NCBI GenBank assembly: GCA_030141605.1 | Contig: JAQGDQ010000234.1 | Coordinates: 186,001 to 250,000 of the forward strand | DNA: 64,000 nucleotides | Reading direction: 5' to 3' | Source: Tubiluchus corallicola | Lineage: Eukaryota > Animalia > Priapulida | Shown: in pieces, positions 33,199 through 49,000 of the stretch | How the letters are laid out: every line of letters starts with the position of its first letter | Position numbering within the stretch: the stretch's first letter is position 1 | Translations under genes and position numbers: made by a program | The notes under the pieces: generated by a model | Database searches by the model: none | The model's input: the letters and a program-made list of their open reading frames with translations, nothing else | Told to the model about the DNA's origin: nothing

Positions 33199-34071
33199 GA
33201 TATTTTAATATTTTGAGTGTCTGGTTGAGTGTCATTTCTCTTAAATCCTGTATGACATTTGTAGGTATTATTTCAAAGGTCACAGCTTCATCAGTCACTG
33301 ATCTGATATTGCAATTGTGGTTCACTTAACAAAAAGAAAGTTAACGGTTTCGCTGTTTATGTAGGTGGATAAAATTGCCAGTGTGTATAGTAGGGTATAT
33401 ACCTACCAAGACCAGACTCGAAAATAGTACAGGTGTTCTGTTATAACAAATTCAGTCTTTTTTTACAGAATAGTAACTGCATAATGATTAGTCAAAGCAA
33501 CCTAAATATCAATCTGATATATATTTCCCCGTAGGATTATGAAATGCCAGACATAATCCTTACACTATAATGTTGGACTTGCTCTGACATTAAACGAGTT
33601 GTACAAAACAAATAGTACAATTCCAAAAAATGCTTACAAAAAACCAAGCAGCTAAACCTATTCATCACACTAAAATGGCCAAATGAAAGCATTACAATGC
33701 AGATCACTGTTGCTAAAGAATGTGCATCAGGTTCTCCAGAAGTTCTCCAAGCTGATTAACTGATTCATTATTATGGACTTCTGAAATACTGTACTAGCTG
33801 TTTCACCACTAAGTGCATCCTACCTATATTTGATAAACCCTATTTTTACCAACATTATCACAAAAGACAAACCACACTGAATGCTCACACCAGGATTTTC
33901 AAACTTGCAGCCAGAAGTGTACGTAATGATACTAAAATCTCTGGTTGAGTGATCATTTTGCAACATTTAACTGAAATTGGTCCAACCGTCCCAGGCCTCA
34001 GTGTTAGACAGAAGTTTTAGTTACACAGTCTAAACATTCATTTTGCACAAACAAAAAACCTTAAACAGCAT

Positions 34072-37000
34072 CTAATCTATCGCCATTATAGCTTCTGCTA
34101 GCTCCAATGCAAGTTTATAATCAGGCTGATTCTCTGGAAGTTCATTTATTACATTTGCTATCAATGCCGAAATATCTGCAAGTGGAACATCTGGTACTTT
34201 CAATGCTGAGAAAGACTGAAAAATTAAAATAACAATTAGACAAATAATACGTAATAAAGTTCAGGAAGAGAACTTTGCAATAAGAAAAAGCTAGTAATTT
34301 AAATTGTAATTAAATTGCAAATGATTTAATGAAAGTAAATATTAATATTATAAATTTTTGTTTTGCCTTAGTCTGTTACTAACCTGATAACATTGAAAAT
34401 TAATTTAAGAAAAGCACAAGAATGAAATTTGCACTTGGTATATCTCACACCAGCTTGTAAAACTTTGGGTAAAATAACTTTGAGATACCAAAGCTTCCAA
34501 TTTAACAAGTTAGTCTTCTTTTACAATTATAAATGTAGCAATAAAATTGAAAATTTTCAAATCCATTTAAAAATAGCAGTCAAATACCTACCAAACTTTT
34601 CAACCAAGAGCGAAGTCTTGGTGAGAAATGCATCCAACGATCAAGGTTTAAAGAGGGAGTGTCATCTTTCATGAGACTTCGCATGTCGTGATTTTCCATG
34701 TAACACGTCATTCTCTGTCCAGCAATAAGCAGCAACTGAGAGCCAATCATTTCATGATCAGATACAGTCAGCAGAACCTGAAAAAATAGTTTAAAACTGT
34801 TTGTATCTAATATGCTCCAATGGGCAATCAAACACGGTAACTAATGCTGGTGCATTCTGGCAAATTGTGATATTAAGTGAAAAGTCGTTAAATGAAGCTT
34901 CGCCTTCCATATAAGCAACTTAAATGCATGGAGATGCATTTAAATGATACCTCAGAAAAATGAATAATATGCAAAGATACTATGCGATACTATACTATCA
35001 AATGTACTATGACTTGTATTGATTTTTATTCATATCAAGTTTATTTGTGCATTATTTTTTACTCTCAGAGAGAAGTTATGCAACAAGTTACGAAAGAAAT
35101 CTCTACATCTGAGAGCATACCACGAGATTGGTATAAACAACTACACATTATACACAAAAGCTCTAATGCCACATGATGCAAGAACAACACAGTTTGCAAT
35201 AACAAACAGACAAGGTAATTTCCAAATACACGTTGAGGTAGCGGATCCTGAAAAATACCGATAAAACATGTTCATTTTATTTTGAGTACATTTGCAGTGT
35301 AACAGTAGTATATTAAAATTATTTGTCAGAGAAAGTAGACCAACTGATAATTAACATTATTCTTAATTAGTAAGCACCAGCTTTGTCAAATAAAGTGGAT
35401 TCAAACTTACTTCTTCAGCTAGCTTATCAAAATGACTAGAATACAGTTCACAAACGTAATGTCTACGTAGGTAATCCATATCAAGAGACCAGCCAAGTGC
35501 TAACTCCGTAGCTGTATTGCACCAGTGAGTAGCTTCAAGCATAGTAAAAGTGCTTGGAATGGTTGCACACGTGTCAACAGACTGCGAAGCTAGATAAGAC
35601 AAAATAGCAACAGTTATTATCATTAAAAATAAGTTCACAGCACACAAAAAATAATAAACTAGCTTATATGGCAAATAAATATCCCATTACAGTATTCAGC
35701 AAAAGTACACTAAAAGCTGAAATATCACTTTTGTGTGATGGTTGCCATGTGCACACCATCTGGCTACTGTCAGAAATTGTTATGCAAACTGACAATTCTG
35801 TATTTCTGTTAAAAAATTTGACAGTAACTCACAAGCTCATGTAGCAAATATGTTTTTATAACATTTGATAGATTTTTTCCAATTTGTCATCTGATAGTGC
35901 ATAATAAAATGTTCACAGTCATGCAATATCATAGACTGTCAACAATGCATACTTGGCTAAACTTAATAGACTACCAGCAAAATGCTAGAAATGCTAGTAG
36001 CAGCATTTACAGGAAAGTTAGGATTTTTCTAGAAAGAGAATCTTGGAAAACAGTTATTTTACTTAACACTGACATTAAAGGGAGCATAATTATATTCGTC
36101 AGTGTTTCGGGAGTCTAAATCTTTGGAGAGCTAATTCCACAGGATAACACAGGCAAGAAATTAAAGTATTGAGTTCAGTCTCACAGTTATTGAACATAAC
36201 TCAGTCATTCTGTGACTCAGTGTTTCAATATTTATTCAAATTGCTACATGTCTAGGACATATATAATGGCTAAATTATCAGTGCATTAAAGTTAAGTGAA
36301 ATGCATAAACTATTGTCAAGTGACTAGCATGCATGTGTTTTTATTGTGCTTTCTACCTTTAATTACTACTAATCCTCTTCACAAAAATGAAATTAGTTTT
36401 ATGAGAGTTACCATTTTGGTTGCTTGGTTCATCCTCCATAACGTCATAAGAAGGTTTAACGCTTTTTGGAGCAACAACTTGGCTTTCTTCTTCACAGGGT
36501 CTCATTGAAGTTATGGCTGCAGTAATAAGTTTTACTAGAAACTAAAAAAGTAAATGTAGATAGTCAGACACAGTTGTCAGTAAATGAACACTGTATAAGT
36601 AGGCAAAAAGAAGAACAATAATGCTTTGATGACAAGGTGATTATTAGGTGACACTGGTCTTTCACCATTCAGTCTTTTTTATTAAATGGTTATTTAGTAA
36701 ATTTTGTGCGTTATATATTATATTACATTATATAATGCACAAAATACTGAATAACCGGCTTTATATATACATATATGTATATATAAATGTAGATAATGAA
36801 AGAGACAAATAATTCGAATAATTCAATTTGTATATTATAATAATGACGAAAAGTATCACAGCAAATAATATTTTAACGATCACTTGCCAAATATTCACAT
36901 ACCAATTAGCATGACAATTTTAATTTTAGCAAAATGTAGATGTTTAAGATTGTAAAGAAGTATCTGTTTAGTAAAAAGTTGAATAGAGATATAACAAAAC

Positions 37001-40000
37001 AGCCAAATGAGCAATAGTAATATAAACGATATAAGAATTAATGGACTAATACTGCACCTGGTGACGTAGATTACTAATAGCTTCGTCAACTTCCGGTTCT
37101 GGCAGCAAAGGATGCATATGCAACTCTTTGAAGAATGCATTTTTACCCTAAACATAAAACATTTTGCTCGTCTACTAAAAATTATTAAAAAGTTAACGAG
37201 ATATTTATCACTCTTCACGGTAAAATGCTAGGCCAACTGAAAACAAACAACAAAAATACATAAATAATTTTTCAAGTGATACAATAAAGAACCAATTAAG
37301 GGAAAAATATAAGAGAAGTTAATAAATAGACATAGATAAAAAAAATCTGTTTCATAGGATCACTTTTTAGGATACAGTCAGTTTAATCAGATTATAGTAA
37401 TTATGAGTATTTATATTTCTTTTTTCATAAATCGTTTGTTGTATCATTTGAATGACAACAAATGTGGCTGACATTCGAAACATTGCAAATGCACGACACG
37501 TCAAACGTTAAGGAAATCTTTTAAACCATAAGCCATAATAAATTACAACTTACTTTACTATCGTATAAAGACAGTGGTTTCACAGATTTCAAAGAATACA
37601 GTTGTAAGGCTTGTAATACGGTAGCAAGTTGATGATGGTGACAAACTAAAGCATGGTTAATGCTCCTCTGATCTATAGCTAATTCCACTAAAGGAGTAGG
37701 GCCATGACAGTCCATCCACACATCTTCTAGTACACCATAGATTGGTATTTCGTCGGAATCTATATTTATCTATCAAACAAAAGTTCACTTTGAGATACAG
37801 TAAAACAGTCCATATGTATATATAGACAAGCTTGATGTAGAAGAAAATTTAAAATAATTTATCATTTTGTTGAAAGCATTTTAAATAGTGGTTCTTGCAA
37901 GGTACGGTTTGATAACAATATGGTACCTAAGGCACAGCATTCTGTGATGCATTGGAAACTAAAACAAGGCTAGAATGCCACATTCAAGAAAAAAGCAAAA
38001 TAAGGGAGCTTATTTTAAATTCTTCCTGGAGCATTAAAGGATAAAATAATGTATGAGATACACAGAGATAGTTGACAATGCTATCAAAATATTTTTGCAG
38101 TGCAATAACTCTTGAAAGCAAAATAAAATGCTCAGATCACTTACAAATAAATTTGCAGTAATTAGTCATATGTATTAGTCTACAAACTAAATAGTAAGGA
38201 AAGTACAGTAGCTTAAAGTAAAATTAATACTACCCGCAGACATTTAAAGCAATCTGATAATTTTACAGCAGTGTTAGTGTTTTTTGAATAAAAATTTTTG
38301 GTCCCAAGTATGGGTGCTTGTGTTGTTGCTGTTTTAATAGCCAACACACGACAATCTAAATTGGTTAACAATTTTTTACATGTAGTCACAATTCTAGTAT
38401 GTTAGTAATAATTTGATATTTTGAAAATAATTACTAATCATCATTAATGGGATTTATAGTGCATTAGTAGTTGTTTAATCGTGACAAGATTCTATTCTAC
38501 TATGTGCCACTAAGATGTAGAAACTAGAAAAAAGGCTGAAAATTTCTAAACAAAATAAGTAAAACTCAAGATAATTTCATCACCTGCAAATGTGATTGTC
38601 TAAAAGATGATACCGAATTTTCCTGCAAATTAAAATCCCGGGAAATTTTTAAAAGTAAAAACACCCAAAACAAGAAATTGAACAGAATCTCACAAAACTT
38701 TTAAACATGCACTATTAATGTAGAGCTAAACAGACCTTTTCTTAAGCATTACAGCCACTTAAATAACAAGCAAAAATACCTGCATGAGTATATCTAGTAA
38801 TGTAGTACTGTGCTGAATCATAGAACACATAGCTTTATCACTCATCCCAACATTCTGCAAGACAAACGAATTTTAGCAATTTATGATTAATTTGATTCAG
38901 TGTTCAAGACCAACAGGTATACTGTATTGGAAGACAGTTATCAATGACATGACGTAATTATTGCAATCATCGAATTTTCGGGCATTTATTAAAAACTACA
39001 AAATTATAAGGCGTCACACATACCTCAAAAACATTCACTTTGCAAACTACTGAAAGAACTGTTACACTATAAGGACAGTGATCCCACCATGAATTGTTGT
39101 AAGCAGTTACAGGTAAAAGTATTACAAGCTACATCGTAATAGTGTTTTAATATCTCTTGTCACTTCTTAAACTATTTTGAATTTCATGTTAAAAATTTAT
39201 TTACTAACTTAGAATTACTGAGGCAAACATCTTAAGTTCAGTTTCTTGAGCATCTTCCTAGAAACCCAGTAAATCACACAGTAAGCTCAGTTGCTTCACT
39301 GAATTTTTCTTTATTCAGTTTGGAAAAAATGGAATATAGGGCTTGCATTTGAATAGAAAATGAATTTAAAAACTCACCTTTCTGCAAAGCCGGTCCTTAG
39401 GAGATTTACCAACCTGTAAACAAAAACAAGTAAACAAAACAAGCAAGCAAAAAAAATAACAACTACTACCCTGGCTCTTTAAATTGATTAACAAACAGCT
39501 TGTCTCACTTGCTGTCTGCAGCTATACTGCCTCAGAAGTTCACAAAAATATGAAAATCTATTGCTTGTCATTTTCAACTAGCAAATAAGGCTATAACAGG
39601 TACGAAAAAGTCATACATTAACATGCACAATATTAACAAATAAAATAAAATGTAAGACTTATTTGTACCTTTTCACACAGTGATGCAGTCAATTTAAACT
39701 TTTCTCGAAGGAAAGTGTGCCATAACATTGCCGCAACTCCTGTAAAATATGTAAAACAGTAAATAAAAGTAAACACAAACATGTAATCAATTACTAAAGT
39801 TGGGCTGTCCAGTCACAGCTACACGATGCAAAACTCCAAGAATTTTTTAAGTATAATACTATACTACGTATATAGCCATGAACACCAGTTAGTTGTGAAT
39901 TAAAAACAATGCATGTTACCTTGCTGCAGAATATAGTTTCGCACAAGTTTCAGATGTTCCATTGCTTGTTCGAGGTAAGACGGTGCCTAAAAAAATCTTA

Positions 40001-43000
40001 CTGATACACTACAATATTGCCATGTTTTATTTCTAAATAATCCTTACACTCAGTTCATTCAAAATGTTCTGTATTTAAAGTAATTCCTGCTACTATGAAA
40101 TAAATTTAGACTGCATAAACACATCATTTGTTGAATACTTCAGTAAGTGAAATTACGCATATTAATGCTTTATTGACACTCTAGTTAATCTCAAACAACT
40201 AATGCCTAATTTAAACAGCCACACAGTGAACACAAAACTCTGGTAATTTATTTACCTCAGGTTCTTTGTGCCAGTTGACAGCATATTCCCAGCAGCAATT
40301 AGCAATGACAGAATCGTGAGAAAGGCTATGAGGAAATCTTTCTATCGCTTTTCTGAATAAATCTAGGTTGGAAATGCAATATCATGTTTAATAGAAAGGA
40401 GTTTATAGAAAAAAAGCCTTATTCATTGGAAAAAAACCTTTTTAGTATAATTCAACAATTCCTAGCTATGAAAGAGTTTTAAACGTGATGGTTCATTGAT
40501 TCTGGTTGCTTCAAAAACTATTTGAACGATTAGTGTACATGAACTAGTGCAGTCTTAGCCTCACAGACAGCTCTAATTTAGGTTATTCTGTATTAAAAAC
40601 TAATCAACAAATGGGCTGTCACAAACGAAAGCTAAGTAGTTGGCCTGAGGCTAACAAACGTAAGAAAAATGCTTATAATTTCAATGTTCAAATAACAAAA
40701 AGGAAAAACACATACAATATTATCATTATTATTCCTGATTCTAAACACTACAATATTAATAAATTGCTTATTCCAATGACACATGTGAAAACCTTTAGGC
40801 ATTTGGTCTGTGCAATGCCAGAACACTAGCATAAGAAAAATTTCACTGGGATGATTCAGAACTCAGATGTTATCTAATTCCTGTGGGAACACCAGATTTA
40901 TAGAGATTATTAATAAACACATTACTCCTATTACATCAATACTTGTAAGCAAATAGAGAAGTTTATTGACAGAATATTTAACAAGCCAAAATAAATAAGC
41001 ACTTGGAATTGCCAGACTTTTTAAACAAATATGTACAAATTTAGCAAAGGTTTTTACTTTACCAAAATGCTCTTCCCACTAAATAAAAGAAAATACGCCA
41101 GGATTTGGTACTCTACCTGAAACGATATCACCTTCATCAGTTTCAGTTCCAGTGCATTCAGCCAAGTGTGACTTGTCTTGTTCACTTGTCATCTCCATAC
41201 TTGTGTCGATTCCACATCTCATGGCTAAACTTACACTTTTGGCATTAATTCCAGTTTTGCCAATCCATTTTGCAATAAGTTCAGCTATCACACCTAATCA
41301 TCAGTATAATTATCAGTAAAATTAATTAAAATCTCTTTAATCTATAACAATTAAATAAAAACCACTACAATTTGTCAGCATTCAAACTGTAAGAAGATTT
41401 GACATTTTTGTTGACACGTGGTGTTATAGTTAGGAATCCTGGAATATTTTAGCCATTAAAATATTCTGCTAAATTTATTTCTCAGCTATCAGGTGGTACA
41501 AAAAATGCGCAGAAGTTTTGATTACAATATTATTAGAAAATATTATAGAATATATAGCATATTATAAGTAAGGAAATTACATAAAAATTACCGCTCTTGA
41601 CGTTGCATACGTAAAAGTATCAACACCAAAAATTTTAGGTTATTCTATTAGGTTTTTCCAAAAGCACACAAGTGTTAAAACAATCCAAAAAAATAAATGC
41701 CATAGAAAATTCGCATCTGACAATTGTTAAACATCTTATACAGCTACTGTCAACAAGTGCTCTGTGTCCCCATTTTCGATGCAAACTATTTGAAAGGGCT
41801 TATTCCAACAGCTGATACAGCTTTGCACTTCTTTACGGGGTATTTGGTCTAAGCACTTAACAATTTTTCCCTTTAATGCCTCTGCACCAAATGGCTCTGA
41901 GTGGCTGTCATACACTTTCACTTTAAAGGAAGAGCTGATACCATAATCCAGAGGATTAAGATGTGGTGATTCTGGTGGCCATTCGTCTTTACATATGATC
42001 TGGTGTGTATGTATGAATGAATATGTACCCATTTCTTTACTATTTAGATGCCATCTATTGGGTGCTTCATATGTCAGTGAGGCTGTTTTTAATTCATTGT
42101 TAGCTGATACTGTTATAGCATTTTAAATTTTTAACATGCAAAACTTTTCAGACATAACTAACACTAAAGCCTATAATACCACCCAATAAAATTGTGAAAT
42201 TTTAACTTTGTCTAGCACTTGTTTCTAACATAATTGTAGTTTAAATTTCAGTGCACTTTTTTCTGCACCACCTGATATTATATTATATTTTCTGCGGGCA
42301 ATTGCACATCTAGTGTTTTAGAACATAATTTTTAGGTCAGGATATAGAAGCAAAGCAAAATGAACACTAGAACACTAATGAACTTTGTGTACACTTAACT
42401 TTGTATAAGAACGTAATTCATATTCAAACTTTAAGTTACATGGACTGACAAATACCTCGACCACCATGCAATACACCTTCTATAGACAACGGTATGTCGA
42501 CAATGTTCGTTTTCACAGCAGAATCTTCTAAATAAGGAGTGCTGTTCAAGATGGTGCCCAGAAAGACCAAGTCAGATAGTTGCTGAATGAGGTGATTCCA
42601 TTGTTCATTGTCAGAAGTAACATCCAACCATTCTGCTTCAGACATGGACTTGTCATCTTTCTTTCCTTCTGGTTTTTCTTGCAGATGAATGCCGGTTGAT
42701 GGACCAGCAGTATCTTCACTCTCAGTTAAGTGCTTTATGAAAACAAAGATGTTTTATATATATTGAGAAAAATTTGCTCTTAACATGGAATGTCTCACAA
42801 ACTAAAAATAATATTCAATTAAAATAGTAAGGAATGTCAGTGCAGAATGTACTTTGATGCTTAAAGCACCAAAACAACCAGAAATATAAGTAAGGCCAGC
42901 AAAATGCAGTGTAGGCATCCCTTTGGCATCAGTTATCTTTAGAATTAAACAGCAAGCAACTTGAAAAGCATTGAGATGTCACATGACAAGTTATGTCACT

Positions 43001-46000
43001 ATCTCAAATGTTTATTTGTGCACATTTTGGCAGCAGTACAAATCCAAAAGTAGACACAATTGTAGAAAGCAACTACATTTAATGCCATAACTACAAAAAC
43101 TGAAATCATCCTACTACCAGGATGTTTAAACATTCTTACTTCTTCTAGCTGTTGTTTGTTGAACGAAACAGAGAGGGAGACACTTCTGCCAGCAAGAGTG
43201 ACCATCAGAGCACTACAAATGTTTGTTGATTTCATACATCTTGAACGAATTGTCTTCCACCAATCACTGTTATCTTCATTATTGTCTGACAAAGAAAAAC
43301 ACAACAAAAATGCTTACAATAACGATTAACAAAAGAAATACCATAATTACTAATAGAATCACTAATTAATATTTTTAACCAAATATTAGTTTCTTAATAA
43401 CATTACACATTGGAATTTCACTTATAGAAATAAATCCATAATATAATAAGTACCTGTTAGAAAACTAAGCAGCTGCAGCAAAGTATATAAACTTTCTATT
43501 GAACCAAACCTCCATTTTTCTGAGGATAACCACAAAGTCAGCAATAATGACTATAATAAAAAATGTACTTTCATCTTTACTATGGGAATTATAGAAAACA
43601 ACACAACAATGTAGCATAAACGGCTAGTGACACAATACTAGTTAACATAAAATCTTCTCAAAAAAGCTTGCCAAAGAAAACAGTAAAGCTAATGGTAAAA
43701 ATGCAATATCACAATTACGATATATTATTGAACCGTAAAGAAAACAATAAAGCTACTAATAATGCTGTGTAACAGTTATGATATACTATTAGCAGTAAAG
43801 CTTAAACTTACCAGCAGATCTTTTGTTACAACACCACTATCTTGCAATACTGACTTCAACTTATTAACAGGAAACTCGCTTTTCAAGGGTTTTTCAAACA
43901 TAAATTTGCCTGTAAAACAAAGTAGCAACAAGTTTCTTACTTAAAAAGAGCAATATCAATAGAAGATATTTGTGCAAGTTGATTACAAGGTAACAATCAT
44001 GGGATTGTTAAATTTGCACAATGACCAAAGAAATCAGCTTATATCTAGTCTAAAGCTTCGATTCTATATGTTTTATTAATATTAAATGCGTGCTGAGAAT
44101 CTTGAGATAGTAGCAGAGATATTTGCAGAATAACACTTAAATAAAATGCGTAATATTCTTGGGCAAGTTAAATAGTTGGGTGGTCACTGTGTATGTTTAT
44201 CAACTGAAGTTAAGCAATACCAAAGCTGGTCAGTGAATTGATGGTGGACACCAGTTCAGTTCTTGCTTGGAGTGGTTCACTTCCCATGTTTAGTCTGATT
44301 GTTTATCTCATTAGAGAACGATGTATTTACACCTGAACATGGCTGAACACATCTGCACAGTATCTCATTAGAGATGATTAGTTTTAATAAAGAGCTAGAT
44401 TCTGGTCCTGTCACAACCTTCTTCATCAAATAGACTTTGCCATTTAATGCTGGATTCCAGCTTTCAGAGTGGCAAGTTTTTTCAAAAAAATACAAAGTTT
44501 AAGTAACATTACCTAAACCCAGCAGTCTCTCTTCAGAAAGATTAGGTTTCAACATGACTGGCAATACCTTCACGTTAACACTGTCATGACTACTGGGATT
44601 TCCATGGAAACAACTAATAAATTTTGTAACATTCATAGACATATCATCACAAAAGCCGACTGCCTTAGATTTAGTGGTAGATGAGCAATATTGAGTGTGA
44701 AGATCCAAGTACACGTCAACTTCTGTTTGTGGTATGTTGAGAAGTGCTGACAAAGACTAAAAAGTTATGGTTACATTATACATAGGATTATTGCTTTGTT
44801 TAAGAATAAAGTAATCAATGCTAACTAAATATTGTCTTTAATGCTGATTGTAATGTTAGCTATTACAATTGTTTAATAATGTCATGGAAAGCACACGCAC
44901 GCACACGCACACAGAACCTGCAATATTTTAATTTTTCAGTTAGAGAGAGTTTTTGAATTTTTTCATAGTCCTATTCTAACAATTACTGTACCATACCACA
45001 CTCAGTAAGACAGTTATATGACAACACAAGCTGTACTATAAATCTTTGAACACAGCTGCTCAAGCAGCTGCTTAAGAAGACTGCTGCTTACTTAGTCATA
45101 TTGACTAAGTAATCATACCTCAGATGTACTGTCTTCAGTCACTGTAACTAGTGTTTTATTCAGAGCCGTTATCAGTGCAAACGCTTCTAGAAGTTGCTGA
45201 TGCAGAAAACAGTAATGATGTAGTATTTTTTCATCAACAGCACCAGCCTCCAGTTCTAAAAAATGTCTATATTTCACACCACAGATTCTTAACAAAAGCA
45301 TTTATTTACTTGTAATGAATAAGATAAATTAATCAATTTTGATTTTATATCAATTTATTTTTCTTTAAAAGGAATTAACCTACCATGCGAATCAAGTACA
45401 GCTAGAATGGCTGAGATAATGACCGATAAACTTTTGTGGCCCAGGTATCTCGTTGAAAGTATTTTTTCTAGGGCTTGTTGCTTTATGCTAGAAGTTTTAA
45501 TAACCAGGAGTTTATTGATTATATTTTTTTGGAGGTCTTCAGAATCCACAATAAAATCCTTCAGTAGTGATTTAAGTTCTTTCAGTATAAGAAAATCTCT
45601 GGCTCGGCGACTGTTCTTATCACTCAACGCGAGATGGAATGGAACAGAAATACAGCGTAGAGTACCATCAGGATCTAGCAAGCAACACTGCAGTATTTGT
45701 GTGTCTTGTGTTGTTGACGTCCCCCTTCCACCGAGTATCTCGTAACCAGGACACAACAGCCTTAAACAAAACAGTACAAAGTGAACAAACACATAACAAA
45801 AAATGAAATTCTGATTTTGAAATAAGAGAAATTGTTGGTTCTATAACATTTTTCCAGAACTGACCGTGCATGTTTATGGACGTTGAAAGCAGCAACTCTA
45901 GGACCTTGCTGTATTGCCCACACCTACAATTTATAAAATGAAATGGTCAATAATAGTAAAAATGAAGTAATATGCTGAGACATTGTAATGTTGGTACAAA

Positions 46001-49000
46001 AGACACGTTAAAAAACAATGCACAATATATACACTGATTGATGTATCGTGGACCCTTACGGCTCTCAGATTCTAGTGTTTTGAGAGAATGCAGTCTATAT
46101 CAACAATTTAAACTGTGAATAAAAACACACATACCTCAAGAATTCCTCTTTTCGGTGCATAGATTACTAAAAAGACAGCAACTCTAGCTAATTTTGCTTG
46201 ATCAGCTTTTTCTGAGACTCTTATCCAGCCAACCTGGGCATCTCTATAACCTATAAAATGTAATTATTTACAAAAAATAAATTTTATACAGGAAAATACA
46301 AATAATCATAAAAACAATCTTGACGTCATTATTAGTTCCATGTTTCACTGGTAGTTATGATCTTAGCTTTACGTAAACAACAGAAATGTGGTTGCATTCA
46401 GTTTCCTACTGCTGAGCATTATAAATATTTTAAATATTTTTACTATTGCTTGTGAACATTGTTAAAACAGTAGAGCACACTTCTAATAGATCACAAAGAC
46501 TTTCATATAAAGGCAGTACTGCATGTGCCCACTACACAGCAATAAAAACAGTGTCAAAAATTATTATAAATTGTCACTGTTTTTTCATGTGGTGAATTTG
46601 TTGTTTTTCTATGCTGTAACCTTTGGTGTAGACCCAACATATACAGTATAACAATGTTTTAATTAATATATCATGAGGCGTAGCTGAACAATAACCATCC
46701 CAGATATAGAATAAATCTTGTTTATTGTCAAACACTACGTTAGTACAGTCACGTAAGCCTAGGCCACATCATGCCATAGATCAAATGTTGTGCCACTGCC
46801 TTAAAAGTCGTGGAGGCAGGCAGAGAAATTTAGTACAGTGACATAAGTAAAAGTCAAGTACTAGTCAGTAACTAACCACTTCAACTTACACATGTGCAAC
46901 ATTTGGCTTACATAATGTGTGACAATAAATATTCCTGATCTTCTTACATGCAGTATGAAGAGAAGTAATGAACAAGCCTCACCTTTCCACATGCGCACGG
47001 CTATGCCTCTGGAAATGTCAATTAGAGTAACTCTGCCAAAACTGTCTGTTGTAACAGCGAGATTTCCGTTAGGTGAAAGTGCTATTGTATCTCCACTTCT
47101 TCTCAAATCAGGCAATCCAGACCTATATTTAGGGTTTCTTACATGCAAGCAGTTCACTACACTATAGGCTCATTAAGATTACTAAGGCAATGTGTACAAG
47201 GTAGAATTAGTGACTACTGCTCAACATACTCATATTTATTTTCTTTTACATTACGTTGCAGAACAAACTGTAGAAAAAACGCACATGCCCGACATCTAAA
47301 ATATTCATTTCAATGTGCCAATATCTTAACTGACATACTGAAGGGATAAAAATGTCCGCATTCGCTTTTATATATTACCCACTTCTAAATATACCCGTAA
47401 ATGCAAAAAAAATCCAAAACGCTATGTAAAAAGCTAAGATTTGTTTTCTGAAAATCCAGCTCAGGTATAAAAAGAATGTCACTTTATTTGCAGCTTGGCA
47501 AAGCATAACTGATACCTAATGTCGAGAGAAGTTGCCGGTTCAACTTTAGGTTTAGTTTGCTGATCTTCACTGGGTGATTGTTTGGTTTTTCCAAACCATC
47601 CTCCAAGTAGACTGCTCCTAAAATGTAAGTAGCATTGGCAACAGCAGGAGTGTAGAAAACACTTATTATGTACTATTGTGTTATTAGAATGATGAAGACT
47701 AATGGTGCTCAAAAAAGATAAGCATTAAGCCCCTTATCAGCAACAAAGTAAAACAGTACATGATGAGAATTTTAACATCTTCTTCTAAACAAAGAATAAG
47801 AAACTAACAATAACAATCTTTTTTCATCATTGTCTCTGGGTCAAATCAAAGTGAGTCAAGATCAAGTCTGCCAGTGACTGTCTAATGAATAAGTGCAAAA
47901 ATATAGATGATCATTACTCTATGCAGTTATGCTCAGAATAAAAAATAAAATGATTACATTTCTCATTAAATATAAATCACGAATTACTATCACGAGCTGC
48001 ATCTTACCCTGAAACTTGATTCATGAACGCCGCCTTTAATTTACTAGCCACAGCGTAAGCAGCATCAGACATAAATGAAGGTGTGGAACCCTGAAAAGTA
48101 ATTATGTAATTTACTACGAAATGTCATTTGAACACAACCAATGCTTTAAACAAATCGCTTTAAATGTAATAAACTGTCAATCAAAATTAAGAAATGGAAA
48201 GACAGATATGATTAAATTAAAAAACAATAAGTTACTGTATACACCACTAATAAAGAAAAACACCGCTCTTCAAAACACTTTTATATCTCAAACTATCACA
48301 AAATTGAACTTGTGCAACATTTCCTGTAATATACATCATAATTCTATATTTGTAAAATAGGCACAATAAGCTTTCAACGTAACATTTATTTAATCTAACT
48401 TTTGAGACATTATCAGATTGTACAATATTGGTATGTCGAATGCATGTAGAGACCAGAGCATGAGCTGTAGTACAATAGACACAGTTTATTAAACTCGAGA
48501 TTAATAGAATCAGTCACCTCTGGTATGGGTCGCTCCAATTCAAATGTACATAAAAACCATCAGCAATTCACTCAAATAACTCTGCATGACTGACTCAGTA
48601 TTTTTTAATCAGGTACTTAAAATAAGAAACTTATGTGTGATCAAAGAGCTTTTGCTGCTTTTATGCCATCTTTACTACACTTTTGTGCTCTATAGCACAT
48701 GTAGACACAATCATGTTAAGTGCCCATTTTATTTGAAAGCAAGTACACTTATTACTCACTAATATGCCAGCTAGTGGTTTTGGTTTGAATCTGCCACCAG
48801 CTCATCTACTGCTTATTGCCCAAGAATTTGTTTTTAAAATGCTCGATGCAGAGACAGGAATCTGCCAGTATTCTTTGCGATTTTACAAGGGTAAATATCT
48901 TAGAGCAACTAAGAGAATAGAATTAATTTTGAAAAATACACTAGAACATAAGCATAAAGACATCATATTTAAAGCTCTTGCAGCCTTTGCATACTAAGCT

